Assembly: GCA_963754945.1 (NCBI GenBank)
Contig: CAVWIG010000044.1
Location: 1 to 53,843, forward strand
Reading direction: 5' to 3'
From: Methanotrichaceae archaeon
GTDB lineage: Archaea > Halobacteriota > Methanosarcinia > Methanotrichales > Methanotrichaceae
DNA length: 53,843 nt
The notes under the pieces were generated by a model. That model had not been told where the DNA came from. It did no database searches and saw only the letters and a program-made list of their open reading frames with translations. The position numbers and the translations under genes are program-made. This document shows positions 31,281 to 41,203 of the stretch, one piece after another. Numbering within the stretch: the stretch's first letter is position 1; every line of letters starts with the position of its first letter.

Positions 31281-31380
31281 TGAGAAAGGTACCTCGGTGA
31301 AATAATAGGCCAAGTGTCTATTGTTTTCCCATAATGGTAAATAAAAAGGGTATCACTCTTAAATATCGGAGGAATTTGTT

Positions 31381-31896
31381 TTGACGCGCAAGCCAGCAAG
31401 TATGTACAGAAGGACAGAGCGCCCTTACACTCGCAGAGAGTATATGGGAGGCGTTCCGGGAAGCAAAGTTGTACACTACGATATGGGAAACCTGCAGGAA
31501 GATTTCCCTGTCAACCTCACTCTAGTCGCAAAGGAGCCTTGCCAGATCAGGCACACAGCTCTCGAAGCTGCAAGGGTTTCAGCCAATCGTTTCCTGCTCA
31601 AGGTAATGGGCAGGAATGACTTCCATCTTAAGCTCAGGGTATATCCGCATCATGTCTTGAGGGAGAATAAGCAGGCGACGGGAGCGGGTGCAGACCGAGT
31701 TTCCAGCGGAATGCGACGAGCCTTCGGAAAAGCCGTTGGCACAGCAGCTCAGGTTGTGGCAGGCCAGAAGCTCTTCACCCTGGGAATTCCGCCCGAGCAC
31801 ATGAACGATGCCAAAGTCGCGCTAAAGCGAGCAGGCCACAAGCTACCAACACCAACTCAGATCATCGTAGAGTCAGGCATGGAGCTGATACAGTAA
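31381..31896 (+). CDS. rpl10e: 50S ribosomal protein uL16 (L10e)
   Basis: [19 protein letters not shown] and [24 protein letters not shown]. Confidence 0.97.
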   Translation: MTRKPASMYRRTERPYTRREYMGGVPGSKVVHYDMGNLQEDFPVNLTLVAKEPCQIRHTALEAARVSANRFLLKVMGRNDFHLKLRVYPHHVLRENKQATGAGADRVSSGMRRAFGKAVGTAAQVVAGQKLFTLGIPPEHMNDAKVALKRAGHKLPTPTQIIVESGMELIQ

Positions 31897-31951
31897 TTTG
31901 AAAAAGGGAGTTGAATTTATTTACTCTCTTGCTTAATTCATCGGTGATTGG

Positions 31952-32143
31952 ATGACAGACATAATGCCTCACAGGCACTGTATGGTTTGCGGGAATGCCA
32001 TAAAAGAAGGGACCTTCTGCGACGAGCTTTGCGAATCCAAACTAAAGTCGGCCCAGAGACGACAACAGCTAATATTTGTAGCCTTTATTGCGTTCATGGC
32101 GCTAATTATAATCCTACCATCACTGCTAAGAACAAAAGGTTAA
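31952..32143 (+). CDS. DUF2116-like Zn-ribbon membrane protein
   Basis: PHRHCMVCG...FCDELC plus a C-terminal TM segment. Confidence 0.8.
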   Translation: MTDIMPHRHCMVCGNAIKEGTFCDELCESKLKSAQRRQQLIFVAFIAFMALIIILPSLLRTKG

Positions 32144-32914
32144 GAGACGTACTGAGCCTAATGAACGCCACTGACCGAGCTAGGCAATAAATGAAAATAT
32201 AGGAAATGTTAGGCACTCTTCAGGTGAATGGCATGACCCGGTATCCTGAAGCCTAACAATATGCATCTCCGTTGTGCTTGAGCTGTCAGCCTTAACCGGA
32301 GTATTATTGATGTTTTTCCATTCTAGACAGTATCTGGCATATTTCCATAACTGTAGCTGCAACCAGGCGAAGATCCTCTGAGCAGTTCTCAACATCGATC
32401 CTATCCTTCATTTGCTCCTGAAGAAAATAGAGTCTTGCCCTATCATGCTCATTCAAAGCGTACTCCATCCTTAATCACAAATATGCATTAAGCGGCTTTC
32501 CTTAATAATTTTGTGCAAGGGCTCAGTCCACCCGCTGGTCAGGCTCACACGTGTGTCAAGGCCATCTATAGAAAAATAGATGGGAAAATTTGAGCCATTC
32601 CCAGCACTCCCAGCATTTAAAGCACAAAAATGCTTCGATGCATAAAATTTCACAAATTATTATAATCATTCATAAATTATCATAAACAATTATATAAAAT
32701 AATAATAGCAAACTACTCAGACTATGCAAGAGGATGCAAACAAACGTTCGACCCGCTGTGGTTTACAAAATGGAACCGCGAGAGGGTCGATCTGTGCCCA
32801 GGCATGCGATAACGTGTATTCGCCAATCCAAATTTGACCCCCCGCGCCAATCCTATTTTGACCCCCCCCCTTGGATATCTAACAGATCTTATCAAGTATA
32901 AAGTTCACGTCTCT

Positions 32915-33785
32915 TTACCTTCGTCGGAAGCTCTTCCCGTTCATGTTCAGTATCAATGCATGATGGGTAATCCTATCGAGAATAGCAGCCGTTAGAGTCC
33001 GATCATGAAATACCTTCACCCAATCGGAGAATGCCAGATTCGATGTGATGATAGTGCTCATAGTCTCGTATCGCGTTGCGAGCAACTGAAAGAGCAATTC
33101 GGCGCCGGCGAGATCAAATGTGACATATCCGAGTTCGTCGACTATGAGAAGATCTATTTTTCTAAACTGCTTAATATAAATTGAGAGCCGATTCTCATTT
33201 CTTGCCTCAACCATCTCATTGATTAAAGCCGCAGCTGTACGAAATGCAACTCGATAATTTTGCTCGCAAGCCTGGATTCCTATTGCAATTGCCATATGAG
33301 TTTTGCCCGTTCCGGGGTCGTGATGCAATAATTGGTTGGCGTTTTGGTAGTTGCCTCTTGCTTGCTATTATGATGAATTCCATTTTTGGGATTACCTCAG
33401 ACAAATTGGCATGCAATGACGCTACGACCTTTGGAAGATCTAAATTCCAACCCATAATTGATTCACCACCCGTTCCGGAATTGCCAATGAAAATGACATT
33501 TCTCGGTTCCTTGAGGAAATCAAGTGCTTTCAATACAGGGATAGCCTCTCTCCCATCTTGTGGCAGATCATCCTGTATCAGATCCTCGAACCTCTTCTTT
33601 GTCGGAAATCCAGCAAGCCTGAGCGATTTCATCTGGCGATTCAGCTGCCTTTTATCAAGTTCCGCCTGAAGCGCAGATGTCAGGAATTCCTTCAAATCAT
33701 CATTATCCGGCGAATATTCCAGCACGTAGGTGTAAACTCCGCTCAGCCTCAACTCCTTGCAGAGGCATTCAAGAGTCAAGTCCAC
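32915..33785 (-). pseudogene. istB: IstB AAA+ ATPase, interrupted in the Walker A motif by a MITE
   Basis: GNSGTG|GKTH, LLIVDELGY, ITSN and AILDR motifs. Confidence 0.9.
33316..33470. mobile_element. 155-bp MITE
   Basis: 24-bp imperfect TIRs (GGTCGTGATGCAATAATTGGTTGG / CCAACCCATAATTGATTCACCACC). 8-bp TSD CGTTCCGG at 33308-33315 and 33471-33478. Confidence 0.88.
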
Positions 33786-34293
33786 AGCTTACCCCTCCAT
33801 AAAATGATCAAACGCAGCGAGATCAGGCTCCAATACCTCAAAACCTCCTTTGAATGCAAAAGGCTCAACTGTCGAGACATCCGTCTGATGAAGGAAGAAA
33901 CGGATGCTGTCACACGTTGGATGAAGATTCTGTTTGTTTAGGATGGCAAGAGCGGAGGAGAATGCTCCCGGCGACGTTTCCTGCATCAGATCAAGAATCG
34001 GCAGAAATTTCTTAGGATCATCTCGATAATAGCAGTTGAACATGTTCTGTATCAGCTCATCTGCCTTAGCCAGAACCCTGGAATTTGCAAGCGCTCCAGG
34101 TTTGCGATGAAATGTCTTGATATAATGAGTGATATCCAAAGAGTACTTCTGCTTCCCGGCTATTCGGCGATGGGACGCGATAACGGCATTTCCATCAAGA
34201 AATTCGATCTGGTCGACCCGTATCTTTAATGTAATATGTCTCGGACGATATGTGTCTGGTATCGAGTAGTAGTTTCCGTCATATTTCACCAGT

Positions 34294-35471
34294 GAGGATT
34301 TCTATTTACTAACAGATTTCTTCGCAATAAGTAGTTTTCGCAGAAAATTCAAACTTTTTTTTGCTTTGAAGACATCATTTCTCCTTGAATTGCACTATTT
34401 TTTGATTATTTTTCGACAGCTTCCGCTCGGCCTAGATGACTTTGGCATTTTTCAGTGTGCAGAGTTGGTATAAGTCAAAAGCAAATGCAGCCACCATCAT
34501 CTTAGTGCGAACCCTCTGAACAGTTGTAACCAGCACTCTGCCAGAATCGAACACTCTTTTAATGACTGCGTGAGGTCGTTCGCCTGGTGCTCTCAGCTTG
34601 CTGATCAATCGATTTCTTTCCTTATCAAGTTCATCTAGAGGCTTATCGGTTGTCCTGCGCTTCATTGTGAAACCCACGCCTTTTGCCTCAGCCCCAAAGT
34701 ATCCTCTATCTCTGAGCACAACTTCGTTCTCAACTGATAGATCAACCTGGCTATCATGCAGCGATGCCGTAGTTGTCTCGATTTCGCGTATCAGACCATA
34801 ATCGATATCGCTTTTCTGATGTAGCTTATAGCCAAAATGTGTTTCATTTCCTTTCTTAGCCCATGTGCCATCTCTACTGCGCCGGGTTCTGGCCTCGTCG
34901 CCACGTGGCTTCTTGGAAGAACCAGGATCAGCTTCAATGAATGTAGCATCTTGAATCGTTCCCTTTTTGACTTCTAATCCCATTGCAACAAGCTGTCTTT
35001 GAAGTTCCGCCCAAACAATCTTGTCCTTCCCGGTTTTTGCCATGCGATCTCTGAATAACCATATTGTGCTGGAATCGGGGAATGGCTCAGGATACCCAAG
35101 GAATTCCATGAACGATAGGCGATCTGCTATCTGTCTTTCTGCTTCAAGATCACTCAAGCCAAACCACTGCTGAAGAATCAGAATCTTGAACATGAGAATA
35201 ACGTCGCTGTTCGGCCTTCCCCCTTTCTCACTCTTGTTATTGTACATTTCATCGAGATGACCGCGAATCGGAACCCAATCGATCTTATCCGATATCTCCA
35301 ATAGCCTATTTCCAGTCTTGTTGTTCTTCTTTTTGACTTGTTGCAACGCCCAGATGACAAAAGAATTCATAATACATAATAGTATTATTAGTATATAAAC
35401 ATTTCGATAGTGATAGGATCAATTGGTAAGTTCATTGGAACCCTCTGAATGGTAGGTTTATAAGAGTCCTC
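34294..35471 (-). mobile_element. IS5-family element
   Basis: TIRs GAGGATTTCTAT / ATAAGAGTCCTC. 4-bp TSD CAGT at 34290-34293 and 35472-35475. Confidence 0.9.
34432..35370 (-). CDS. IS5 transposase
   Basis: GGRP, LQQWFGLSD, QDATFI, FGYKLH, DRGY and RAPGERP motifs. Confidence 0.93.
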   Translation of the reverse strand: MNSFVIWALQQVKKKNNKTGNRLLEISDKIDWVPIRGHLDEMYNNKSEKGGRPNSDVILMFKILILQQWFGLSDLEAERQIADRLSFMEFLGYPEPFPDSSTIWLFRDRMAKTGKDKIVWAELQRQLVAMGLEVKKGTIQDATFIEADPGSSKKPRGDEARTRRSRDGTWAKKGNETHFGYKLHQKSDIDYGLIREIETTTASLHDSQVDLSVENEVVLRDRGYFGAEAKGVGFTMKRRTTDKPLDELDKERNRLISKLRAPGERPHAVIKRVFDSGRVLVTTVQRVRTKMMVAAFAFDLYQLCTLKNAKVI

Positions 35472-37086
35472 CAGTGAATACCGAGATATAGTCGCACGTT
35501 TCAGTTCATAGTTCTCATACTCCAGTGTTGGCAAGGGGTTCATCATGTTACGCTCTTGATCAAGGCCTTCAACTGGCACATTCGAACGACGATAAACCGG
35601 ATGCTTGTTTATCTCGACAAGCCTCATTTTAAGCCATTCAGTAGCTTCTTCATGTGAGGCAAACATGCTTCTTTCTCCGAATGTAGTCCGTCTAACATAG
35701 CCCACGCTCTCTTCGTCAGTACCCTTCTCGTTGGGTGACGCGGGATTACAAACGCAAGGGCGAAAACCGAAGTGCATGGAAAGCTCCAAAAACGTATCAT
35801 TGAACTGCCCTTTTCGAGAATCATATACTGTAGCCATTCTGTCATAGAAGATTGCCTCCGGAACTGAGCCGATCTCATGGAAAAAATCAATGTGAGCCTG
35901 AACAACTTCCAGATGCGTCGACCGATGATAAAGGCGGGCAAACCGATAGAGCGAAAAGGGCAGGACGAAAACAGCAAGATAGAATTTCTGCCAGGTTCCT
36001 CCAATGCTGAGTGTAACCTCGCCCCAGTCGAATTCAGCACGCTGACCAACGCGAGGCTCCTGCAATATGAATACCTCGCGTGGAGCATTAGTGCGTTTCC
36101 AGCGAACGACTTCATTTTTGACGCTGGAATATCCGATTTTATGGCCATCTTCGACGAGAAGTTCCCAAATACGTTTGGCAGTGATGCGTTGCTTTTTAGG
36201 GCGTTTCAAATTTGATTCGAGATGCTCATGGATCTTCTGGCAAACAGGTTCTGTGAGGACTTGCGACGGCTGAATGATTTCTCGGTTTTTGGGAAGGATC
36301 TCATCGGCCAGGCCACTTTGCACATCCTTGACCTTAAGCACGTACTTCTTCACAGTATTCCTGGAGATCTTGAGTTCGCGGGCCACTCTTCGGTAGGATT
36401 TATAAAGGTCGTATAGATCGACGATTCTGCGTATATCTGACATCATTTTCACCCTAATGCCCACCTCTCGAAATAATTGGAAAGGGAGGGCTTTCCTTCT
36501 TAGGGTGGATCAAAAAAGGATTGGCGTTTCCTTAAATAGGCGGGTCAAAATTGAGTTGGCGAAAACACTAACGTGTCGAAAGCCTGGAAAAAAGGAAACG
36601 AGTTATTTCACTGTGAATCATTTAATGATGCTATTGCTGCGTACGACAAAACCGATGAAACGTGGCCCTGGGTCCGAACTCTACGGAAAAGTTCTCGCAC
36701 TACACGGAGTCCATCGTCAGATGGTTCATCAAAAATGAACTCGCAACTCCTGCAACGGATGAGCAGATGGTTCTTCCAATTGTATTAGGTTAGATTTCTT
36801 GTATGTATTTAGGTGTCCGAGAATCGGTTGATAGCTGCTGGTTCTTGGTTCTGGAGGTAATAATATATCTCAGGATGCATTTAACTAGAAATCGATATCA
36901 AGTGGCACTTTTACCATTAAAACGATCCCTAGCAATTGGATACATGGAAAACCGTAAAATTGGCTCATAGATACTGATTATGGTGAGCTAAACACATACG
37001 ATTTCTTAAATTGGGCAATAAGGGTTATAGAATAATCCCATTCTTAGAAGGAATCAATGTGGTTTTCATAAAACCTCATAAAGACC

Positions 37087-37095
37087 TTTATATAT
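37087..37095 (+). promoter_or_regulatory. TATA box of the kdp operon leader
   Basis: TTTATATAT at the same distance from the hairpin as in copy 1; TCATAA direct repeat just upstream. Confidence 0.65.
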
Positions 37096-37114
37096 CAGTT
37101 GCGTATTTAGGATT

Positions 37115-37171
37115 GCCTTCGTGGAGAATAGCAAGAGGGAAAAACTTCCATTCGCGCATCTCCAAGAAGGC
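37115..37171 (+). ncRNA. Conserved 5'-leader hairpin, copy 2 (kdp)
   Basis: GCCTTC-G-TGGAGA...TCTCCA-A-GAAGGC; base-pair-preserving changes relative to copy 1. Confidence 0.7.
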
Positions 37172-37178
37172 TTGAAAG

Positions 37179-37352
37179 ATGAGAATAAGTTCAGGCTCGA
37201 TCAGAGGTGATCTGGCTGTGATCTCTTATTTGCTGGCGTCTGTAGTGGCAGCAGCTACTACCATTGTTATCAGCAGAGGGGATGCCTTTGTATCGACCTG
37301 CAGATGTCTTTTAATTCCAAGCACTTTTGTCTCGGGCCAACGTCGCCCATAA
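37179..37352 (+). CDS. 57-aa leader uORF upstream of kdpA (below the ORF-track cutoff)
   Basis: MRISSGSIRGDLAVISYLLASVVAAATTIVISRGDAFVSTCRCLLIPSTFVSGQRRP*, homologous to 30574-30744. Confidence 0.65.
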   Translation: MRISSGSIRGDLAVISYLLASVVAAATTIVISRGDAFVSTCRCLLIPSTFVSGQRRP

Positions 37353-37367
37353 GCTCCAAAATTATTT

Positions 37368-37393
37368 ATTATAGTCAAGCCTTTGACTATAAT
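37368..37393 (+). promoter_or_regulatory. Second leader hairpin / inverted repeat
   Basis: ATTATAGTCAA-GCCT-TTGACTATAAT. Counterpart TATAGCTG-TTCTT-CGGCTATA at 30759-30779. Confidence 0.65.
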
Positions 37394-37446
37394 GGAGTAT
37401 TATCAAACTTCTCTTTAAGATTAAATTGTCTAAGAGGAAATAAAAA

Positions 37447-39147
37447 ATGCTAATAGAACTGTTGCATGTATCGATAATAGCCGCCTGTCTGGCAGTATCA
37501 GTCTACTACGGCAGGTATATGGCAAAGGTCTTCCAAGGGCAAAAAAATCTGCTTTCGCCCATTATCCGGCCCATAGAGCGGGGAATTTACTGGATATGCG
37601 GCATAGACGAAAGCAAAGAGATGACCTGGAAGGCCTATCTTGGATGGTACTTTGTCTTCGAAGTCATATGTCTTGCCTTTGCCCTAGCGATTCTGATGTT
37701 TCAGGGCGTGCTTCCCCTCAATCCTCATGGGGTCGCCTCCTTCAGGTGGGACGAAGCGCTGAACATAGCAACCTCCTTCATCACAAACAGCGAATGGCAG
37801 GTTTACAGCGGCGAGCGTGACTTCAGCTATCTATCTCAGATGCTGGCGCTAATTGTTCAGGACTTCTGGAGCCCATCGGTGGGAATAGTCTGCGCCATAG
37901 CTCTATTCCGTGGCTTTGCCCGGAAAAACTTCGGCACAATAGGCAACTTCTGGGTTGATATTACCAGATGTGTCTTCTACATAATTCTGCCCATAGCCCT
38001 TGTCTTCGCGTTCTTCCTCACATCCCAGGGAGTGATAGCGAATCTAGGTCCTTATGTCACCACCCATGGGTTGGATGGCGTGGATCAGCTTATCCCAGGC
38101 GGACCGGCCGCAGCAGTGACTGCTCTTCAGATATTATGCGAGGACGGAGGCGGCTTCTTCAACGTCAACGCTGTCCACCCCTTCGCCACCCCAACGCCGC
38201 TCTCCTACTGGATCGAGATGGGCATCATGTTGTTGGTCCCATCGGGGCTCATCTTCGCCTTCGGGGAGTTCATCCACAACCGGAAGATTGGATGGGCGAT
38301 ATTCCTGGCCATGCTGGCACTCTACGTATTGAGCGCACCGTTCTACATGGGGCCTGAGTTCCAGGGCAATCCGAACCTTCAGAAGCTCGGCGTGTCCGGG
38401 GGCGTTAATATGGAGGGCAAGGACCAGCGCTTCACAATCTTCGAGGTCATGATCTGGACGCTGACATCCATGTGTCCAGCCAACGGCTCAACCCTCTCTC
38501 AGCATGACAGCTTGCTGCCTATTACCATCATGGGCATCCTATGGAACATAGTGGTCGGAGCGCCAATCTTCGGATGCTGGGGAACTGGTTCTATAACCAT
38601 AATCTACTACTTCATCATCGCCATGTTCCTCGGAGGGCTGATGACAGGCAGGACGCCTGAGATGGCCGGAAAGAAGATAGAACCCCTTGAGACCATTCTG
38701 GGGGCAGGTTCTCTGCTCCTCTCGTCATTGCCTACCCTGATATTCACAGCAATTGCTATTGCATTACCGGTAGGCCTTGCCGGCCTGAACAACAATGGGC
38801 CCCACGGCTTTATGGAGATCTTCTACAACTATGCAGCCGATGCTGTCAACAACGGCTCGCCCATGGCAGGACTGACCACGAACACGCCTTTCTACAACCT
38901 GACCCTTGTTGTAGCAATGGCTGTAGGGAGGTACTCTACGGATATCACCGCCCTGATCATAGCAGGATCATTGGCCCGCAAGAAGTTGACGCCGGTTACC
39001 TCAGCATCTCTGCCAGTAGCCAGTCCGTTCTTCATCCTGATGGTTATTGGAACAGTCATCATCGTAAACGCCCTGCAGTTCTTCCCGTTCATGATGCTCG
39101 GTCCGATTCTTGAACACCTGTACATGATCATGGGGAAGACGTTATAG
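37447..39147 (+). CDS. kdpA: Kdp ATPase channel-like subunit A (divergent filter)
   Basis: GNFWVD, GGGFFN, NMEGK, GLMTGRTPE, GPHGF and NNGS motifs. Confidence 0.95.
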   Translation: MLIELLHVSIIAACLAVSVYYGRYMAKVFQGQKNLLSPIIRPIERGIYWICGIDESKEMTWKAYLGWYFVFEVICLAFALAILMFQGVLPLNPHGVASFRWDEALNIATSFITNSEWQVYSGERDFSYLSQMLALIVQDFWSPSVGIVCAIALFRGFARKNFGTIGNFWVDITRCVFYIILPIALVFAFFLTSQGVIANLGPYVTTHGLDGVDQLIPGGPAAAVTALQILCEDGGGFFNVNAVHPFATPTPLSYWIEMGIMLLVPSGLIFAFGEFIHNRKIGWAIFLAMLALYVLSAPFYMGPEFQGNPNLQKLGVSGGVNMEGKDQRFTIFEVMIWTLTSMCPANGSTLSQHDSLLPITIMGILWNIVVGAPIFGCWGTGSITIIYYFIIAMFLGGLMTGRTPEMAGKKIEPLETILGAGSLLLSSLPTLIFTAIAIALPVGLAGLNNNGPHGFMEIFYNYAADAVNNGSPMAGLTTNTPFYNLTLVVAMAVGRYSTDITALIIAGSLARKKLTPVTSASLPVASPFFILMVIGTVIIVNALQFFPFMMLGPILEHLYMIMGKTL

Positions 39148-39159
39148 GAGGATCGAAGA

Positions 39160-41199
39160 ATGCCCACTAAGTCTACAATGAATATCTGGCAACCAGATAT
39201 AATGCGACGGGCGCTGAAGGAATCTGTACTGAAGCTCGATCCTCGCACCCTGTACCGAAACCCAGTGATGCTCATGGTTGAGGCGATCTCAATCCTGACC
39301 ACAGTAATTGCCATAAACGATCTATTCACCGGCGGAGACTTTAAGCTACACATTCAGATCACCATCTGGCTCTGGTTTACAGTGCTGTTCTCCACCTTCT
39401 CCGAGGCTCTGGCAGAAGGAAGGGGCCGCGCCCAGGCCGAGAGCCTTCGCCATGCCAGGAGCGAGGCCGTTGCCAGTAAGATCCTGAAGGATGGCAGTAT
39501 AGAGCACGTATCTGCTCTGAATCTCCGAAAGGGCGACATAGTCATCATAAAGGACAACGAGACCATACCGAGCGACGGTGAGGTCATCGAAGGAGTCGCC
39601 CTTGTGAATGAGTCGGCCATAACCGGCGAATCTGCTCCTGTTGTCCGCGAGCCTGGCGGCAGCCAATCCGGCATTACCGGCGGAACCCGAGTCATATCAG
39701 GGCAAATCAAAGCCCGCATCACAGCAGACCCCGGTGAGACCTTCCTGGATCAGATGATAGGGATGGTAGAGAGCGCCAAGCGTCAGATGACGCCCAACGA
39801 GAAAGCCCTGCAGATACTGCTCGTGGGCATGTCTGTGATGTTCATAGTGGTGGTCATCACCCTTGTGCCAGTCGCCAGTTACTTGGGGGTAACTTTAGCT
39901 ATACCAGTGCTCGTTGCACTGCTGGTCTGCCTCATGCCTACCACCATCGGCGGGCTCTTACCAGCCATCGGCATAGCAGGCATGGAGAGGCTTCTTGCCC
40001 ACAACGTCGTTGCTCTGAGCGGAAAAGCAGTAGAGGCCTCGGGAAACGTGGACGTTGTCCTGCTGGACAAGACTGGCACCATAACCCTAGGCAACAGGAT
40101 GGCCACGGAGTTCATTCCTGCCGAAGGAGTTACAAAAGAAGAGCTGGCGGTGTCGGCCATGCTATCCTCTATTGCGGACGAAACCCCTGAGGGTAGAAGC
40201 ATAGTGGATCTCGCCAAGCAGGTCTTAGGCATCAGGGGTAAAGACATTCGACCCTCAGAAGGCTCGACCTTCATACCCTTCAGTGCCGAGACACGCATGA
40301 GCGGAATAGACATGGAGGGCAAAGAGATCAGAAAAGGAGCCAGCGATTCTATTGAAGAATACGTGAAATCGAAATCGGGCAGCATCACAGCGAGCATCAG
40401 AACTGCCGTGGACGATATAGCAAAGCAAGGCGGCACTCCTCTTCTTGTAGTGGATGGGTCAAGGGTGCTCGGTGCAGTTCGGCTAAAGGACGTTCTGAAA
40501 GAGGGCATAAAAGAGAAGCTATCCAACCTACGAAAAGAAGGCATACGCTCAGTCATGATCACGGGCGACAACCCCATGACTGCTGCGGCCATCGCTGCTG
40601 AGGCGGGAATTGACGACTTCATCGGCCAGGCCAAGCCCGAGGCCAAGCTCGAAGCAATTCGAAAGTACCAGAGGGAAGGTCACATGGTGGCCATGATCGG
40701 AGACGGTACAAATGATGCGCCGGCATTGGCGCAGGCCGACGTGGCAGTGGCTATGAACGCGGGCACAGAGGCTGCCAGGGAGGCAGCCAACATGGTAGAT
40801 CTGGACTCCAACCCGGCAAAGCTGCTGGACATAGTGGAGATCGGCAAGCAGATCCTGATCACCCGCGGAGCCCTCACCACCTTTTCCGTAGCCAACGACG
40901 TTGCCAAGTACTTCACCATCCTGCCGGCCATGTTCATGGCTCAGTTGCCAATGCTTGGCGCATTGAACGTCATGCAGTTGCATTCGCCCAACAGCGCCAT
41001 CCTGGCAGCGATCATGTTCAACGCCATCGTCATACCCCTGCTCATCCCTCTCTCATTGAGGGGCGTCAAGTACACGGCAAGCTCAGGGGAAGACCTGCTG
41101 CGCAGGAACCTGCTGATCTACGGAGTGGGCGGACTGTTTGTGCCTTTCATCGGCATCAAGCTGATCGACATACTGGTAGTGCTTCTGCACCTGGAGTGA
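39160..41199 (+). CDS. kdpB: Kdp P-type ATPase subunit B
   Basis: [30 protein letters not shown] and ANDVAKYF motifs. Confidence 0.97.
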   Translation: MPTKSTMNIWQPDIMRRALKESVLKLDPRTLYRNPVMLMVEAISILTTVIAINDLFTGGDFKLHIQITIWLWFTVLFSTFSEALAEGRGRAQAESLRHARSEAVASKILKDGSIEHVSALNLRKGDIVIIKDNETIPSDGEVIEGVALVNESAITGESAPVVREPGGSQSGITGGTRVISGQIKARITADPGETFLDQMIGMVESAKRQMTPNEKALQILLVGMSVMFIVVVITLVPVASYLGVTLAIPVLVALLVCLMPTTIGGLLPAIGIAGMERLLAHNVVALSGKAVEASGNVDVVLLDKTGTITLGNRMATEFIPAEGVTKEELAVSAMLSSIADETPEGRSIVDLAKQVLGIRGKDIRPSEGSTFIPFSAETRMSGIDMEGKEIRKGASDSIEEYVKSKSGSITASIRTAVDDIAKQGGTPLLVVDGSRVLGAVRLKDVLKEGIKEKLSNLRKEGIRSVMITGDNPMTAAAIAAEAGIDDFIGQAKPEAKLEAIRKYQREGHMVAMIGDGTNDAPALAQADVAVAMNAGTEAAREAANMVDLDSNPAKLLDIVEIGKQILITRGALTTFSVANDVAKYFTILPAMFMAQLPMLGALNVMQLHSPNSAILAAIMFNAIVIPLLIPLSLRGVKYTASSGEDLLRRNLLIYGVGGLFVPFIGIKLIDILVVLLHLE

Positions 41200-41203
41200 G
41201 AAA

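Larger units (their letters stand above)
33789..36464 (-). pseudogene. istA: IstA transposase interrupted by IS5
   Basis: HTH ISRNTVKKY, EFDWG, YDRM and EKGTDE motifs. Excising the IS5 restores RYSL-VKYDGNYYS. Confidence 0.9.
32815..36567 (-). mobile_element. IS21-family element (inactivated)
   Basis: TG...CA TIRs TGTATTCGCCAATCCAAATTTGACCC / GGGTCAAAATTGAGTTGGCGAAAACA with internal repeats. Flanks ATAACG / CTAACG form a near-TSD. Carries istA and istB. Confidence 0.92.
32724..36788 (+). pseudogene. TPR-like ORF remnant interrupted by IS21
   Basis: ATG32724-32814 joins in frame to 36574 after removing the IS: ...CDNVSKAWKKGNELFHCESFNDAIAAYDK. Confidence 0.45.

Noticed and set aside
32180-32653. 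Two short minus-strand ORFs (71 and 60 aa)
   Set aside because: No motifs or RBS; probably spurious or decayed sequence.
37087-37446. Known riboswitch (c-di-AMP ydaO, yybP-ykoY, M-box, fluoride) upstream of kdp
   Set aside because: Their hallmark sequences are not recognisable by eye. A cmscan is still needed to exclude them.
39346-40983. Long antisense ORFs over kdpB (similarly over glmS and the hem genes)
   Set aside because: Shadow frames of well-supported genes.
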